From positions 2,592,001 to 2,656,000 of the forward strand of contig CBDFIJ010000004.1 in NCBI GenBank assembly GCA_965248055.1: a DNA stretch of 64,000 nt, read 5' to 3'. Below, one piece after another: positions 18,659 through 29,723 of the stretch. A program made the position numbers and the translations under genes. How positions within the stretch are numbered: the first letter of the stretch is position 1; each line of letters begins with the position of its first letter. The DNA is from Candidatus Multivoradales bacterium (GTDB lineage Bacteria; Acidobacteriota; Thermoanaerobaculia; Multivoradales; JAHEKO01). The notes beneath the pieces are model-generated. The model saw only the letters and a program-made list of their open reading frames with translations. It did not search any database and was not told where the DNA came from.

Positions 18659-19528
18659 TTGTCACGAGTAGTCAAAGGCGGGTTGATTCAAACCAAGGTG
18701 ACGCCGGACGGGGGTGAGTCTCCGCTGGAGATTAAGACCGCGATGATCGATAAGCACATGGCGATGCTGGAAGACGCGGCTGCGCGGGGTGTGCAAGTGG
18801 TCTGCCTGCAGGAGCTGTTTTACGGGCCGTATTTTTGTGCCGAGCAGGAGTTGCGCTGGTACGACCTCACTGAGGAGATTCCCGACGGGCCGACCACCCA
18901 GTTGATGTGTGAGACCGCCAAGCGGTTGGGCATGGTGATCGTATTGCCGATCTATGAGGTCGATCTGCCGGGCGTTTACTACAACACCGCAGCGGTGATT
19001 GATGCCGACGGCACCTACTTGGGCAAGTACCGCAAGAATCACATTCCGCATTGCGCTCCAGGATTTTGGGAGAAGTTCTATTTTCGCCCTGGCAACCTGG
19101 GTTATCCGGTGTTTGATACCGCAGTGGGCAAGGTGGGGGTCTACATTTGTTACGACCGCCATTTCCCCGAAGGCGCGCGGGCGTTGGGGCTAAACGGTGC
19201 TGAGATCGTTTTCAATCCTTCCGCGACGGTGGCCGGACTGAGTGAGTATTTGTGGAAGCTGGAGCAGCCGGCACACGCAGTAGCCAATGCTTATTTTGTC
19301 GGTGCCATCAATCGCGTCGGCAAAGAGCAGCCTTGGGACATCGGTGAGTTCTACGGTCAGTCGTATTTCTGCAACCCACGGGGTCAATTTTTGGCTGAAG
19401 CCAGCCGGGATCAAGACGAAGTAGTGGTCGCCGATTTGGATCTGGATCAGATTGCCGAGGTTCGCAACGTTTGGCAGTTCTATCGCGACCGTCGCCCCGA
19501 GACCTACGACGACCTGACTGCACTGTAA
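18659..19528 (+). CDS. Beta-ureidopropionase (nitrilase family)
   Basis: E-K-C triad motifs LQELF, KYRKNHIP, ICYDRHFPE; FWEKFYF; operon context. Confidence 0.9.
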   Translation: MSRVVKGGLIQTKVTPDGGESPLEIKTAMIDKHMAMLEDAAARGVQVVCLQELFYGPYFCAEQELRWYDLTEEIPDGPTTQLMCETAKRLGMVIVLPIYEVDLPGVYYNTAAVIDADGTYLGKYRKNHIPHCAPGFWEKFYFRPGNLGYPVFDTAVGKVGVYICYDRHFPEGARALGLNGAEIVFNPSATVAGLSEYLWKLEQPAHAVANAYFVGAINRVGKEQPWDIGEFYGQSYFCNPRGQFLAEASRDQDEVVVADLDLDQIAEVRNVWQFYRDRRPETYDDLTAL

Positions 19529-19556
19529 GAACCAAGAACCAAGAATCGAGGATCGT

Positions 19557-21053
19557 TTGTCCGAACTGAAATCAGATCTAACGGCTGCTGAACTGGCTGA
19601 AGTTCAAGGCCAAGCTCTATACAACGCGGACTTGGCGCCGGTGCCGTCGTTCGAGCGACGTTGGGGAACCTGGAACATCGCCGCTCTGTGGATCGGCATG
19701 TCGGTGTGTATCCCGACTTACATGCTGGCGGCGCAGATGATCAGCGCCGGAATGAGTTGGGCTCAGGCGATTGCGGTGGTGATGCTAGGCAATCTGATCG
19801 TGGTGGTGCCGATGATCTTGGTTGCCCACGCCGGCACCAAGTACGGGATTACCTTCCCGGTGTTTGCTCGCGCTTCGTTTGGCACCCAAGGTGCCCATGT
19901 CGCGACCCTGGCTCGCGCCGTCGTCGCCTGTGGCTGGTTTGGCATCCAGACTTGGATTGGCGGTAGTGCAATCTACAGCCTGATGCAGTTGGCGATGCCC
20001 TCGCTGGCAAGCAGCCCCGAGATTGGGTTTCTCAGTAGCAGTGCCGTGACGGTAAATGTCGCCCAGTTTGTTTGTTTCTTGATCTTTTGGATGATCAACG
20101 TTGGCTTGTTTGTTTGGCGCGGCATGGACTCGATTAAGTGGGTGGAGAACTGGGGTGCGCCGCTGCTGATTGCACTCGGCGTTGCGCTGTTTCTCTGGGG
20201 ATACAACGCCGCTGGCGGACTCGGCCCGATGTTGTCGCAAAAGTCTAGGTTTGCGACCTCAAGTGAGTTCTGGAGTGTGTTTTTTCCGCAGTTGACGGCG
20301 ATGGTGGGATTTTGGGCGACGCTGTCGCTGAACATTCCAGACTTTACTCGCCACGCGCGGTCACAGCGCGAACAACGAATGGGTCAGGTCTTGGGGCTCA
20401 ACACCACCATGCCGATCTTTGCCTTTATCGGCATTGCGGTGACTGGCGCCACGGTGGTGGTGTTCGGCGAAGCGATTTGGAACCCGGTCGACTTGCTGGC
20501 TCGATTCGACAGTGTTGGCGTGATGTTGGTTTCGATCTTTGCTCTGTTGTTGGCGACCCTGACCACCAATATGGCGGCCAACATCGTCGCCCCGGCGACC
20601 GCGTTTTCCAACCTCGATCCGAAACGGATCGGTATGCGCGGTGGCTGCGTCATCACCGGTTTGGTTGGCATCTTGATGATGCCGTGGAAGCTGTTGGCCG
20701 ATCCCAGTGGCTACGTGTTCACCTGGCTGATCGGCTACTCAGCATTGCTCGGACCGATCGCCGCAATTCTGATTTGTGACTATTACGCGATTCGCAAGAC
20801 CGAACTGGATCTTGCCGAGCTCTATCGGCCAAAAGGAAGGCACCGCGGCTTCTCGTTGCCAGCGATGATCGCACTCACGGTTGCTGTGGCGGTGAACGCA
20901 CCGGGATTTTTGGTCACCACGGGGATTCTCAGTGGCGCAGGATGGGCTGGAAGATTCGCCAGTCTCTACGACTACGCTTGGTTTATCGGCTTTACCGTTG
21001 CCTTTGTCGTCTATTGGACATTGAAACAGATGCCGAGAGAGGAAACAGCATGA
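19557..21053 (+). CDS. NCS1 nucleobase:cation symporter
   Basis: LYNADLAP, ACGWFGIQTWIGG, WATLSLNIPDFTR; multiple TMs. Confidence 0.95.
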   Translation: MSELKSDLTAAELAEVQGQALYNADLAPVPSFERRWGTWNIAALWIGMSVCIPTYMLAAQMISAGMSWAQAIAVVMLGNLIVVVPMILVAHAGTKYGITFPVFARASFGTQGAHVATLARAVVACGWFGIQTWIGGSAIYSLMQLAMPSLASSPEIGFLSSSAVTVNVAQFVCFLIFWMINVGLFVWRGMDSIKWVENWGAPLLIALGVALFLWGYNAAGGLGPMLSQKSRFATSSEFWSVFFPQLTAMVGFWATLSLNIPDFTRHARSQREQRMGQVLGLNTTMPIFAFIGIAVTGATVVVFGEAIWNPVDLLARFDSVGVMLVSIFALLLATLTTNMAANIVAPATAFSNLDPKRIGMRGGCVITGLVGILMMPWKLLADPSGYVFTWLIGYSALLGPIAAILICDYYAIRKTELDLAELYRPKGRHRGFSLPAMIALTVAVAVNAPGFLVTTGILSGAGWAGRFASLYDYAWFIGFTVAFVVYWTLKQMPREETA

Positions 21054-22390
21054 GCATGCCGCAACTTCCTAACTACTCGCATCAACCGCAACCTTACGAC
21101 GGACCGTCACGAGACGAGGTACGCGGATTGCGCCAGCAGTACCTGAATCCCGGGCTACTGATGTACTACAAAGATCCGATCATGATCGTTGAAGGCTCGA
21201 TGCAGTACCTCTACGATGAGACCGGACGCCGCTACTTGGACGGCATCGCTGGCATTGCTACGGTGAGTGTCGGTCACAGCCATCCGCGGATCCTCGCCGC
21301 TGCCAAGCAACAGCTTGACTCTCTACAACACGCGACCACCCTCTACTACCACCCTGGGATCGCCAGCTACGCGGAAGAACTCGCCGCCAAGATGCCAGGG
21401 GATTTGAAGGTCTGTTACTTCACCAATTCAGGTTCCGAGGCCAACGACTTGGCGATCTTGATGGCGCGAGTGCACAGCGGCAACTACGAGCTGATCGCTC
21501 TGCGTAACGCCTATCATGGTGGCGTTTCGTCGGCCATGGGGCTGACCGCACACAGTTCTTGGAAGTTCAACTATCCGCACGCGTTTGGCGTCCACCACGC
21601 GCGCAACGCCGATCCCTATCGCGGCCCTTGGGGTTACGACGATTCGCAAGCCGGGCACAAGTACGCCGAAGACGTGGCCGACCTGATCCGTCATGCCACG
21701 CCGGGAAGGGTCGCAGGGTTTTTCGCGGAATCGATCCAAGGGGTTGGTGGCACGGTGGTGTTCCCAGACGGATACTTAAGAGAGACCTACGAGATCGTGC
21801 GCGCTGCGGGCGGTGTCTGCATTGCCGACGAAGTGCAGACCGGGTTTGGTCGCACCGGGAGCAATTTCTGGGGCTTTCAAAACCATGAGGTGATGCCGGA
21901 TATCGTCACCATGGCCAAAGGAATTGGCAACGGCGCACCGCTAGCAGCGGTAGTGACAACGCCGAAAATTGCCGCCTCTCTGACCCAACGCGTGCACTTC
22001 AATACCTTTGGCGGCAACCCGGTATCATGCGCCGTCGGTCGGGCAGTCTTGCAAGTGATTGACGACGACCAAATCCAGGACAACGCCGCGGCGCGTGGAG
22101 CGGAGTTGCTGGCCGGGTTCGCTACGCTGCAACAAAAACACGACGTTATCGGCGATGTGCGCGGTGCTGGCTTGATGCTGGGGATCGAGTTTGTCCAAGA
22201 TCGGCAATCCAAAGATCCGGCCACCGAACAGTGTGTTCAAGTGTTCGAACGCTGCAAGGATCTCGGTTTGCTGTTGGGCAAGGGTGGCTTGTACGGCAGC
22301 GTGCTGCGCATCAAGCCACCAATGTGCCTGACTGCTGACGACACCCAGTTCATGCTCGAAGTGTTGGACACCGCGCTGAGCGAACTGTGA
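21050..22390 (+). CDS. Class III aminotransferase, AGXT2-like (likely beta-alanine transaminase)
   Basis: FTNSGSEAND, ADEVQTGFGRTG, TMAKGIGNG, HFNTFGGNP; ATGA overlap with the transporter. Confidence 0.9.
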   Translation: MSMPQLPNYSHQPQPYDGPSRDEVRGLRQQYLNPGLLMYYKDPIMIVEGSMQYLYDETGRRYLDGIAGIATVSVGHSHPRILAAAKQQLDSLQHATTLYYHPGIASYAEELAAKMPGDLKVCYFTNSGSEANDLAILMARVHSGNYELIALRNAYHGGVSSAMGLTAHSSWKFNYPHAFGVHHARNADPYRGPWGYDDSQAGHKYAEDVADLIRHATPGRVAGFFAESIQGVGGTVVFPDGYLRETYEIVRAAGGVCIADEVQTGFGRTGSNFWGFQNHEVMPDIVTMAKGIGNGAPLAAVVTTPKIAASLTQRVHFNTFGGNPVSCAVGRAVLQVIDDDQIQDNAAARGAELLAGFATLQQKHDVIGDVRGAGLMLGIEFVQDRQSKDPATEQCVQVFERCKDLGLLLGKGGLYGSVLRIKPPMCLTADDTQFMLEVLDTALSEL

Positions 22391-22409
22391 TCACTGCCCT
22401 CTGGAGGAA

Positions 22410-23887
22410 ATGAGTGTGACTCTGAAACCCAGACTCGACGCTAAGGCAGCGCAAGCCAACATGGCGGAAGCGACTCCGGCCTATCGCGGGCAGGAGGCAC
22501 GCGTTGAAGCGCTGCGCTGCCTGTATTGCTTTGACGCTCCGTGCATCTATTCCTGTCCCACTGGAATCGACATCCCCAGTTTCATCAAGCAGATCGCTGA
22601 GGGGCGCGATGCAGCCGCTGCGCGGACTATTCTCCAGGCCAACGTACTGGGGGCCAGTTGCGCGCGGGTTTGTCCCACCGAGGTGTTGTGCGAGGGTGCC
22701 TGCGTGATGCTGGACCGGGATCACCAAGCGATCGAGATTGGACGCTTGCAGCGCCATGCCACCGACTATGTGAGCGATCGGAAGATCCAGGTGCTAACGG
22801 CAAACTCAACTCAAACCGGACACAAAGTGGCTTGCGTCGGTGGCGGGCCAGCGAGCTTGTCCTGTGCCGCCGAGTTGGCACAGTTAGGGCACCAAGTCAC
22901 GGTTTTCGAGCGCCAAGAGCAAGCTGGCGGTCTCAACACCTACGGCGTCGCCTACTACAAGATGCCGCCGCGCGTCAGTCTCGAAGAAGTGTGGATGATC
23001 GAAAGTCTGGGGGTTGAGATACGCAACGGGGTAGAGGTCGGGGTCGACGTTTCGGGCGAAGAGCTGTTGCAGCAATTTGACGCGGTGTTTCTCGGCATCG
23101 GCCTGGGCCGCACTCATTCGCTTGGACTCGAAGGAGAGGATCTTCCTGGGGTGGTCGAAGCGCTCGATTTCATCAAACAGATTCGCACCCAGCCACTCCA
23201 CGAAGTGTCGGTGGGACGTCGGGTGGCGGTGATCGGATGCGGCAACACAGCCATCGACGCGGTTACACAGTCGAAACGGCTGGGAGCCGAGTTGCGGCAA
23301 TCGTTTATCGCCGTGGCCCGGAATCGATGCCCGCCTATCAATTTGAATATGAGCTGGCGAAGCGAGATGGTGCCGAGTTCTTCTTTTGTCGTCAACCGGT
23401 GGCGATCCTCGGTGACGACAAGGTCAACGGACTGCGCTTGGCGGCGACCTCGGTCCGCGATGACGGTCGAGTTACAGTCGACAGTGAGGACACGATCGAC
23501 CTGGAGTTCGACATGGTGATCAAGGCAGTAGGACAGCAACGCATGCAAGAGTCGGTGCAGAAGATCTTTCCCGAGGTCGCGTTTTCACGGTCTGGAGAGA
23601 TCGTCCGCGACTTCTCAACCGGGGCGACCTCAACGGCCAAAGTGTTTGCCGGTGGCGACGCTGCAAATGGTGGTTCGGAAGTGGTGGACGCAGTCGCCGA
23701 GGGTAAGCGCGCAGCCTACGCGATACACCGTGATCTGACCGGCGAAACCGGGGATCGTTCGGTGCAAAAGAGCCGCGTTGGCACCCCCGGACAACCGGTG
23801 GGAGCGGGGATCGATGGGCCGGTGCGAGTGCCGGCGCTTGAGGCCCAGTACGCGCAGCAACAGCGGCAATCGGAAGGAGGAGCCTAA
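22410..23887 (+). CDS. preT: Dihydropyrimidine dehydrogenase NAD(P)/FAD subunit, with one frameshift near 23290
   Basis: RCLYCFDAPC...CP, CARVCP...CEGAC, GGGPA, GCGNTAID; continues as VAAIVYRRG...FAGGD in the -1 frame. Confidence 0.88.
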
Positions 23888-23889
23888 GA

Positions 23890-25212
23890 ATGGCTGACCT
23901 AAGCACCGATTTTGCCGGGATCCGCTCGCCTAACCCTTTCTGGGTTGCCTCTGGACCACCTTCCAACACCGCTTATCAGGCGCATCGGGCGTTTGAAGCC
24001 GGCTGGGGAGGGGTGGTCTGGAAGACCATCGGCGAGCCGATCGTCAATGTTTCGTCGCGCTATTCAGCGCTCAACCTAGGGCCGGAGCGGATGGCGGGCT
24101 TTAACAATATTGAACTGATCTCTGACCGTAGTATTGAGACCAATTTTCGCGAGATCCGCGAAGTGAAAGACCGTTGGCCCAACCACGCGGTGATCGCCTC
24201 GTTGATGACCGACACTCAGCAGAACTGGCGCGACATCATGAAGATGTCGGTGGACTCTGGCGCCGATGGGGTGGAGTTGAACTTTGGTTGCCCGCACGGC
24301 ATGTGTGAACGCGGCATGGGCTCTGCGGTGGGGCAGAACCCGGACGTCATCGAGACCATTGTCGGTTGGGTGATGGAGGTGGCCGAGATTCCGGTGATTG
24401 TCAAGTTGACTCCCAATATCACCGACATCCGGCGATCCGCGCGGGCTGCGGCCAATGCGGGCGCGGATGCGATCTCGATGATCAACACCGTGCAGAGCAT
24501 TACCCAGGTCAACCTCGATACCTTTGTACCCGAGCCTTTCGTAGACGGGAAAAGTACCCACGGAGGCTATTGCGGCCCGGCGGTCAAGCCGATTGCCTTG
24601 AACATGGTGCAGCGTTGCGCGGACGATCCTGATGTCGACATTCCGATCTCGGGGATCGGCGGAATTGCAACTTGGCGCGACGGAGCCGAGTTTCTCGCCT
24701 TGGGTGCCAGCAGTCTGCAAGTGTGCACCGCGATCATGCACCACGGTTTCCGTATCGTTGGCGACATGATTGACGGTTTGACGGAGTATTTGGACTCCAA
24801 GGGCTTTGCCAGCATCGACGACCTGGTCGGTCGAGCGACCGCCAACGTCACTCCGTGGGAGACCTTGAATCTCAGTTACCACCACGTTGCTCAGATCGAC
24901 TACGACAAATGCATTGGCTGCAATGTTTGTTATATCGCTTGTGAGGACGGCGCACACCAGTGCATCGACCTGGTCGATCCCGAAGGCGACGGACTGGAAC
25001 TGGGATTGGGTCCAGGGCGAGTGCCGTTTAAGCCGGTACCCCAAGTGCGGGAAGACGACTGTGTTGGTTGCAATTTGTGCTCTCTGGTGTGTGCGGTCGA
25101 TGATTGCATCACCATGACGCAGGTCGACAACGGACGTGACCCCCTGACATGGAAGAGCTACCAGGAACAACTAGAACGAGGCGAGATGGAGCCAATGCCG
25201 GCCCATCCTTAA
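23890..25212 (+). CDS. preA: Dihydropyrimidine dehydrogenase catalytic subunit
   Basis: NPFWVASGPP, NNIELISDR, LNFGCPHGMCERGMG, KLTPN, two C-terminal ferredoxin motifs. Confidence 0.96.
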   Translation: MADLSTDFAGIRSPNPFWVASGPPSNTAYQAHRAFEAGWGGVVWKTIGEPIVNVSSRYSALNLGPERMAGFNNIELISDRSIETNFREIREVKDRWPNHAVIASLMTDTQQNWRDIMKMSVDSGADGVELNFGCPHGMCERGMGSAVGQNPDVIETIVGWVMEVAEIPVIVKLTPNITDIRRSARAAANAGADAISMINTVQSITQVNLDTFVPEPFVDGKSTHGGYCGPAVKPIALNMVQRCADDPDVDIPISGIGGIATWRDGAEFLALGASSLQVCTAIMHHGFRIVGDMIDGLTEYLDSKGFASIDDLVGRATANVTPWETLNLSYHHVAQIDYDKCIGCNVCYIACEDGAHQCIDLVDPEGDGLELGLGPGRVPFKPVPQVREDDCVGCNLCSLVCAVDDCITMTQVDNGRDPLTWKSYQEQLERGEMEPMPAHP

Positions 25213-25223
25213 GGAAAGCATTC

Positions 25224-26720
25224 ATGACTCAACCGACGCAAATTCCTTGTCCGATTTTGATCGACAACCAATGGCTGACCCCTGATGTTGCTGGGTCTCC
25301 GGTACACAATCCATCCACCGGTGAGGTAATCGCCCAGACGCCCTTGTGCGGCCAAGATGAAGTCGATGCGGCGGTGGAGGCCGCGCAGCGTGCCCTTCCC
25401 GGGTGGATGGAGACTCCACCGATTGAACGGGCTCGGGTGTTGTTTCGCTACAAGATGCTGCTCGAAGACCATTTTGAAGAGTTGGCACAAATGGTCACCA
25501 TGGAGCACGGCAAGACGCTCACCGAAGCTCGGGGCGACGTGCGGCGTGGCATCGAAGTGGTGGAGTACGCCTGTGGCGCTCCCGAACTGCTCAAAGGGGA
25601 GAGCTTGGAGAACATCGCCACCGGTATTGATTGCATCACCGTGCGTCAGCCGGTAGGAGTTTGTGTCGGTATCTGCCCTTACAACTTCCCAGCCTTGGTG
25701 CCGATGTGGATGTATCCGTTGGCGATCGCCTGCGGCAACACCTTTGTTTTCAAGCCCAGTGAGAAAGTGCCGTTGACCGGGAATCGTCTGATCGAGTTAT
25801 TGATCGAGGCTGGACTGCCCTCTGGGGTGATGAACATCGTTCACGGCGGTCGCGAATGCGTCGATGCGCTACTACGGCACCCCACAGTGCGGGCGATTTC
25901 GTTTGTCGGCTCTTCCGCGGTGGCCAAGTACATCTACGAAACCGGGACCCAACACGGCAAGCGGGTCCAGGCGGCTGGCGGAGCCAAGAACTTTGTCTTT
26001 GTGCTGCCCGACGCGGACATTCCCAAGGCAGTCGAGGGGATGATTGATGGCGCCTTTGGCTGCGCCGGTCAGCGCTGCATGGCTGCCTCCACCGCGGTGG
26101 TGGTCGGCGATGTCGCCGAGCCGTTCTTAGGTCCACTGGCTGAAGAAGCGGCCAAGCTCACGGTCGGAGCCACGGATAGGGATCCCAGCGTCACGTTGGG
26201 GGCGGTGATCACCCGTGAGCATCGCGATCGGATTCATGGACTGATCGAGATCGGGGCAAAGGAGGGAGCAGAGATCCGAGTTGACGGTCGCGAAGCGGCG
26301 GTCGCCGAACATCCCGGCGGGTTCTACCTGGGGGCGACGATTCTGGATCACGTGCGCGACGATATGCAGATTTGCCACGAAGAGACGTTCGGTCCGGTCT
26401 TGAACGTCATGCGCTTTGACGATCTCGATTCGGCCATCGATTCGGCCAACAAACAGGCTTACGGCAATGGGGCGTGTGTCTACACCTCTTCCGGTCGCTC
26501 AGCCCGGGAATTCGCCCATCGGGTCAAGGCGGGCATGGTCGGCATCAACGTTGGGGTTCCAGCGCCTTTGGCCTACTTTCCGTTCAGTGGCTGGGACTAC
26601 TCGTTCTTTGGTGACCTGCATGTGCAGGGCAAAGAGGGAGTGCAGTTCTACACCCGGACCAAGGTCATCACCTCCCGTTGGCACACCCCCGGCGAAGGTG
26701 AGGTTTGGCACACAGACTAA
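25224..26720 (+). CDS. mmsA: CoA-acylating (methyl)malonate-semialdehyde dehydrogenase
   Basis: KPSEKVP, ISFVGS, KRVQAAGGAKN, AFGCAGQRCMA, GMVGINVGVPAP. Confidence 0.93.
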   Translation: MTQPTQIPCPILIDNQWLTPDVAGSPVHNPSTGEVIAQTPLCGQDEVDAAVEAAQRALPGWMETPPIERARVLFRYKMLLEDHFEELAQMVTMEHGKTLTEARGDVRRGIEVVEYACGAPELLKGESLENIATGIDCITVRQPVGVCVGICPYNFPALVPMWMYPLAIACGNTFVFKPSEKVPLTGNRLIELLIEAGLPSGVMNIVHGGRECVDALLRHPTVRAISFVGSSAVAKYIYETGTQHGKRVQAAGGAKNFVFVLPDADIPKAVEGMIDGAFGCAGQRCMAASTAVVVGDVAEPFLGPLAEEAAKLTVGATDRDPSVTLGAVITREHRDRIHGLIEIGAKEGAEIRVDGREAAVAEHPGGFYLGATILDHVRDDMQICHEETFGPVLNVMRFDDLDSAIDSANKQAYGNGACVYTSSGRSAREFAHRVKAGMVGINVGVPAPLAYFPFSGWDYSFFGDLHVQGKEGVQFYTRTKVITSRWHTPGEGEVWHTD

Positions 26721-26756
26721 ATAGTCCAATTGGCAGACTACGAAGGATTCAACACC

Positions 26757-28139
26757 ATGGGCTTACTGATCAAGAACGGCGAGATCGTCACCGCCAGCGA
26801 GCGTTATCACGCGGATATCTATTGCGAGGGCGAGACCATCACTCGCATCGGTCAGGACTTGGAATCCGGACCTGATGCCGAAGTGGTCGACGCCAGTGGC
26901 AAGTACGTCTTCCCAGGGTTCATCGATCCGCACACTCACATCTACCTACCGTTCATGGGTACCTTCGCCAAGGACACCTATGAAACCGCCAGCAAGGCCG
27001 CGTTGATCGGCGGCACCACCTGCTTTGTGGACTTCTGCATTCCCAGCCGCAGTGAGCAACCGCGGGATGCCTTTGAGACTTGGGAGAGCCAGAGCAGCGG
27101 CAATGCGGCTTGCGACTTTACCTACCACATGGCGGTCACCCGTTTCGACGACAGCGCCGCGGAGCAATTGCGCCACATCGTCACCCAAGAAGGGATTTCC
27201 TCGTTCAAGGTGTTCCTGGCCTACAAGGGCGCTTTCGGGGTGCCCGATGAAGAGCTGTACCACACCCTCAAACTAGCCAAAGAGCTGGGGGTGATCACCA
27301 CCGCGCACTGCGAGAACGAAGACATCGTTTTGGAGCGACAGAAAGAATTGATCGCCGCGGGCAAGACCGGCCCCGAGTGGCACTACCATTCGCGCCCGCC
27401 GTTAGTTGAAGCTGAGGGCACCCAGCATCTAATGACCTTTGCTGAGTTGCACGACGCTCACGTCTACGTGGTGCATTTAAGCTGTCGCGAAGCCCTCGAA
27501 GCCGCGATGCGCGCCAAGTCGCGTGGAGTCAACGTCTGGATCGAGACCTTGATCCAGTACCTACTGCTCGACATGACCTACGCCGAGCGCCCCGATTTTG
27601 AAGGCGCCAAGTACGTCATGTCCCCGCCTCTGCGCGATAAGGCCAACCAAGACCTACTGTGGAACGGATTGCGTCAGCGCTTCATCAGCACCCTAGCGAC
27701 CGACCACGCGCCGTTTGATTTCGCCGCCCAGAAAACCATGGGCAAGGACGATTTCACCCTGATCCCCAACGGCATCCCAGCGCTGGAGGATCGGGTCAAC
27801 CTGCTCTACACCCACGGAGTCGCCACCGGGCGCCTCGACCTTCAGACCTTCGTCGATTGCGCCTCCACCCAGGCGGCTAAGATCTTTGGCCTCTATCCGC
27901 AAAAGGGCACCATCCAGCCCGGAGCTGACGCCGATCTGGTGATCTATGACCCGGCCTACCGCGGCAAGATCTCAGCTACTACTCACACCATCAACACCGA
28001 CTACAGTGCCTTTGAAGGCTGGCAGATCGAAGGCCGACCGAGCGTGGTTACCGTGCGCGGCGAGGTCGCGGTGCGCGATGGTGAGTTTGTCGGAACCGTA
28101 GGTCGGGGACAGAGGGTTCGTCGAGAACCGAATCATTGA
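26757..28139 (+). CDS. hydA: Dihydropyrimidinase
   Basis: PGFIDPHTH, SSFKVFLAYKG, AHCEN, YVMSPPLR, TDHAPF, IPNGIP. Confidence 0.96.
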   Translation: MGLLIKNGEIVTASERYHADIYCEGETITRIGQDLESGPDAEVVDASGKYVFPGFIDPHTHIYLPFMGTFAKDTYETASKAALIGGTTCFVDFCIPSRSEQPRDAFETWESQSSGNAACDFTYHMAVTRFDDSAAEQLRHIVTQEGISSFKVFLAYKGAFGVPDEELYHTLKLAKELGVITTAHCENEDIVLERQKELIAAGKTGPEWHYHSRPPLVEAEGTQHLMTFAELHDAHVYVVHLSCREALEAAMRAKSRGVNVWIETLIQYLLLDMTYAERPDFEGAKYVMSPPLRDKANQDLLWNGLRQRFISTLATDHAPFDFAAQKTMGKDDFTLIPNGIPALEDRVNLLYTHGVATGRLDLQTFVDCASTQAAKIFGLYPQKGTIQPGADADLVIYDPAYRGKISATTHTINTDYSAFEGWQIEGRPSVVTVRGEVAVRDGEFVGTVGRGQRVRREPNH

Positions 28140-28629
28140 TGGTACCCACCGTCTGAAGACGGTGAGCGGCTGTCAGATTCCTGAGGACGGCGCTCAGCCC
28201 AGCCCTGCTGTGCGCCGGGTCTGTGAAGGTCTATCAGCGTTTTACCATGTGCTTGCGGGGACGTTTCAGGATTGGTTGGATGCGGGGTTCTCCCCTCCCC
28301 AAAGCACAGGCCATGAAAGGAGAGCCGGCCCCTGCGGCGGCAGCCCCCCACCCATCCAAGACGACGGGTTAGGGACCTGCGATCAGAAACGAAGATAGGA
28401 AAACCCAAGGGCATTCGGCTAGGTGCCCGGCCCAGCCCGAGCAAGTCAATGGGCGGTAGACGCTGCGCCGAGAGATTCCGAGCTGCCAGGAAATCTCCGC
28501 TCTTGAGGTCCCGGCTTCGGCCATGGTCTTGATCGATTCCACCTTCTTGGGAGTTAGAACGAATCGCGCGCCCCTCTTGCGACCGCCCCAGGTTTTTCCA
28601 GCAGCCTTGGCTTTGACAATTCCAGCTCG

Positions 28630-29040
28630 GGTACGCTAACGCGCGGTCTCCTTACGCTTCTGGTTCTCTTGCTTGCGGGTTGTATCAGCCATTTATTCAA
28701 CGGCGGAGCAGGGACACCTGAACAGTGTGTGGTCGACGAAGCGCTGCCCGGCTTGTGGAAGAGTGGAACCAACCTGACCGGGCTTGGTCTGCCGCGGTAG
28801 AACTTAAATTGAACTGCGATTGTACTTATGTAACCTTTCTTCGTGCGGTAAACTTCACGATTCACATCAAAGAATCAGGCGCCTATTACTTCAGCGACGG
28901 GCATCTGGTGTTTGCTCGAGCAAACGGCGAAGAAAGCCGCTGACTCTACGGGCTTGATGGTGGCGAAACTGTGGATCCGCATGTCCGAGAAGGAAGACCC
29001 GATGAGGCTGCAATAGAAGAAGAAGTTTTCGAGTGATTGA
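28630..29040 (+). pseudogene. Degraded lipoprotein gene
   Basis: LLTLLVLLLAGC lipobox followed by protein-like text broken by frameshifts and stops. Confidence 0.3.
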
Positions 29041-29189
29041 GTGGTTCCGCGCTGGATGCCGGGCGGGGCATGAAATGAGACCGAAAAGGAAGAAACCAAC
29101 AAACAAAAGGCCACAACTGCCCCCTTTTTGAAGAAGGTTCCAGTGCCGCATCGACCTTGTGGGGAAACCTGGTCGGCCCGATGTGCTTT

Positions 29190-29723
29190 CTAGTATGGAG
29201 GGAAGCCCCGTGTTTTCTTAAGTCTACCCCCAAGAAGGTCGATAACTAGCTGTTCCGGAAACATACTCGCTCCTTGTAACCTGCAAGGGATTCCAGCAAG
29301 TCCACGGCTGATCTTGCGCAGATCTTTTTCCGGTTGCCACTCGCGGAAGTGCTGGATCATGAAAGCGAAGTCGGTCATTGATCCGAGTGTTCGTCGGCCC
29401 ACGGTTTTCGCATAGACGGCGAGCTTCATCTCGGTCATCTCTTTTTTCACAGCGAGTTCGTCAACCCCGATATCAATCAGCAAATGCTCGAGTTCGTGAC
29501 AAAGCTGTGAACGGATGTTCTTGCTTAGGCTCTTGGCGGGGCAAACCACCGACAGAAGCGTTGTCGAACTGGTGTAGAGGATGAGTTGTTCTCGACCGCA
29601 ACGGATCAGGTTTACGTACCAGTCACCGAGAACGGTAGTGCCAGTGCCCTCATCGATGAGCCTGTCATTTGTATTCTTGCCAAGGCGCTTGCGGGTCTTT
29701 AGGGTGAGGCGAAGAATGACCAT
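29190..29723 (-). CDS. DUF6933-like protein
   Basis: LGDWYVNL, TTLLSVV, RRTLGSMTDF motifs. Confidence 0.65.
   Translation of the reverse strand: MVILRLTLKTRKRLGKNTNDRLIDEGTGTTVLGDWYVNLIRCGREQLILYTSSTTLLSVVCPAKSLSKNIRSQLCHELEHLLIDIGVDELAVKKEMTEMKLAVYAKTVGRRTLGSMTDFAFMIQHFREWQPEKDLRKISRGLAGIPCRLQGASMFPEQLVIDLLGGRLKKTRGFPPY

Noticed and set aside
23280-23300. Programmed ribosomal frameshift in preT
   Set aside because: No slippery sequence, and PreT is normally a single ORF.
24076-25170. 364-aa antisense ORF and similar long shadow ORFs (for example 13438-14193, 46862-47734)
   Set aside because: They lie opposite well-conserved genes in GC-rich DNA and show no motifs.
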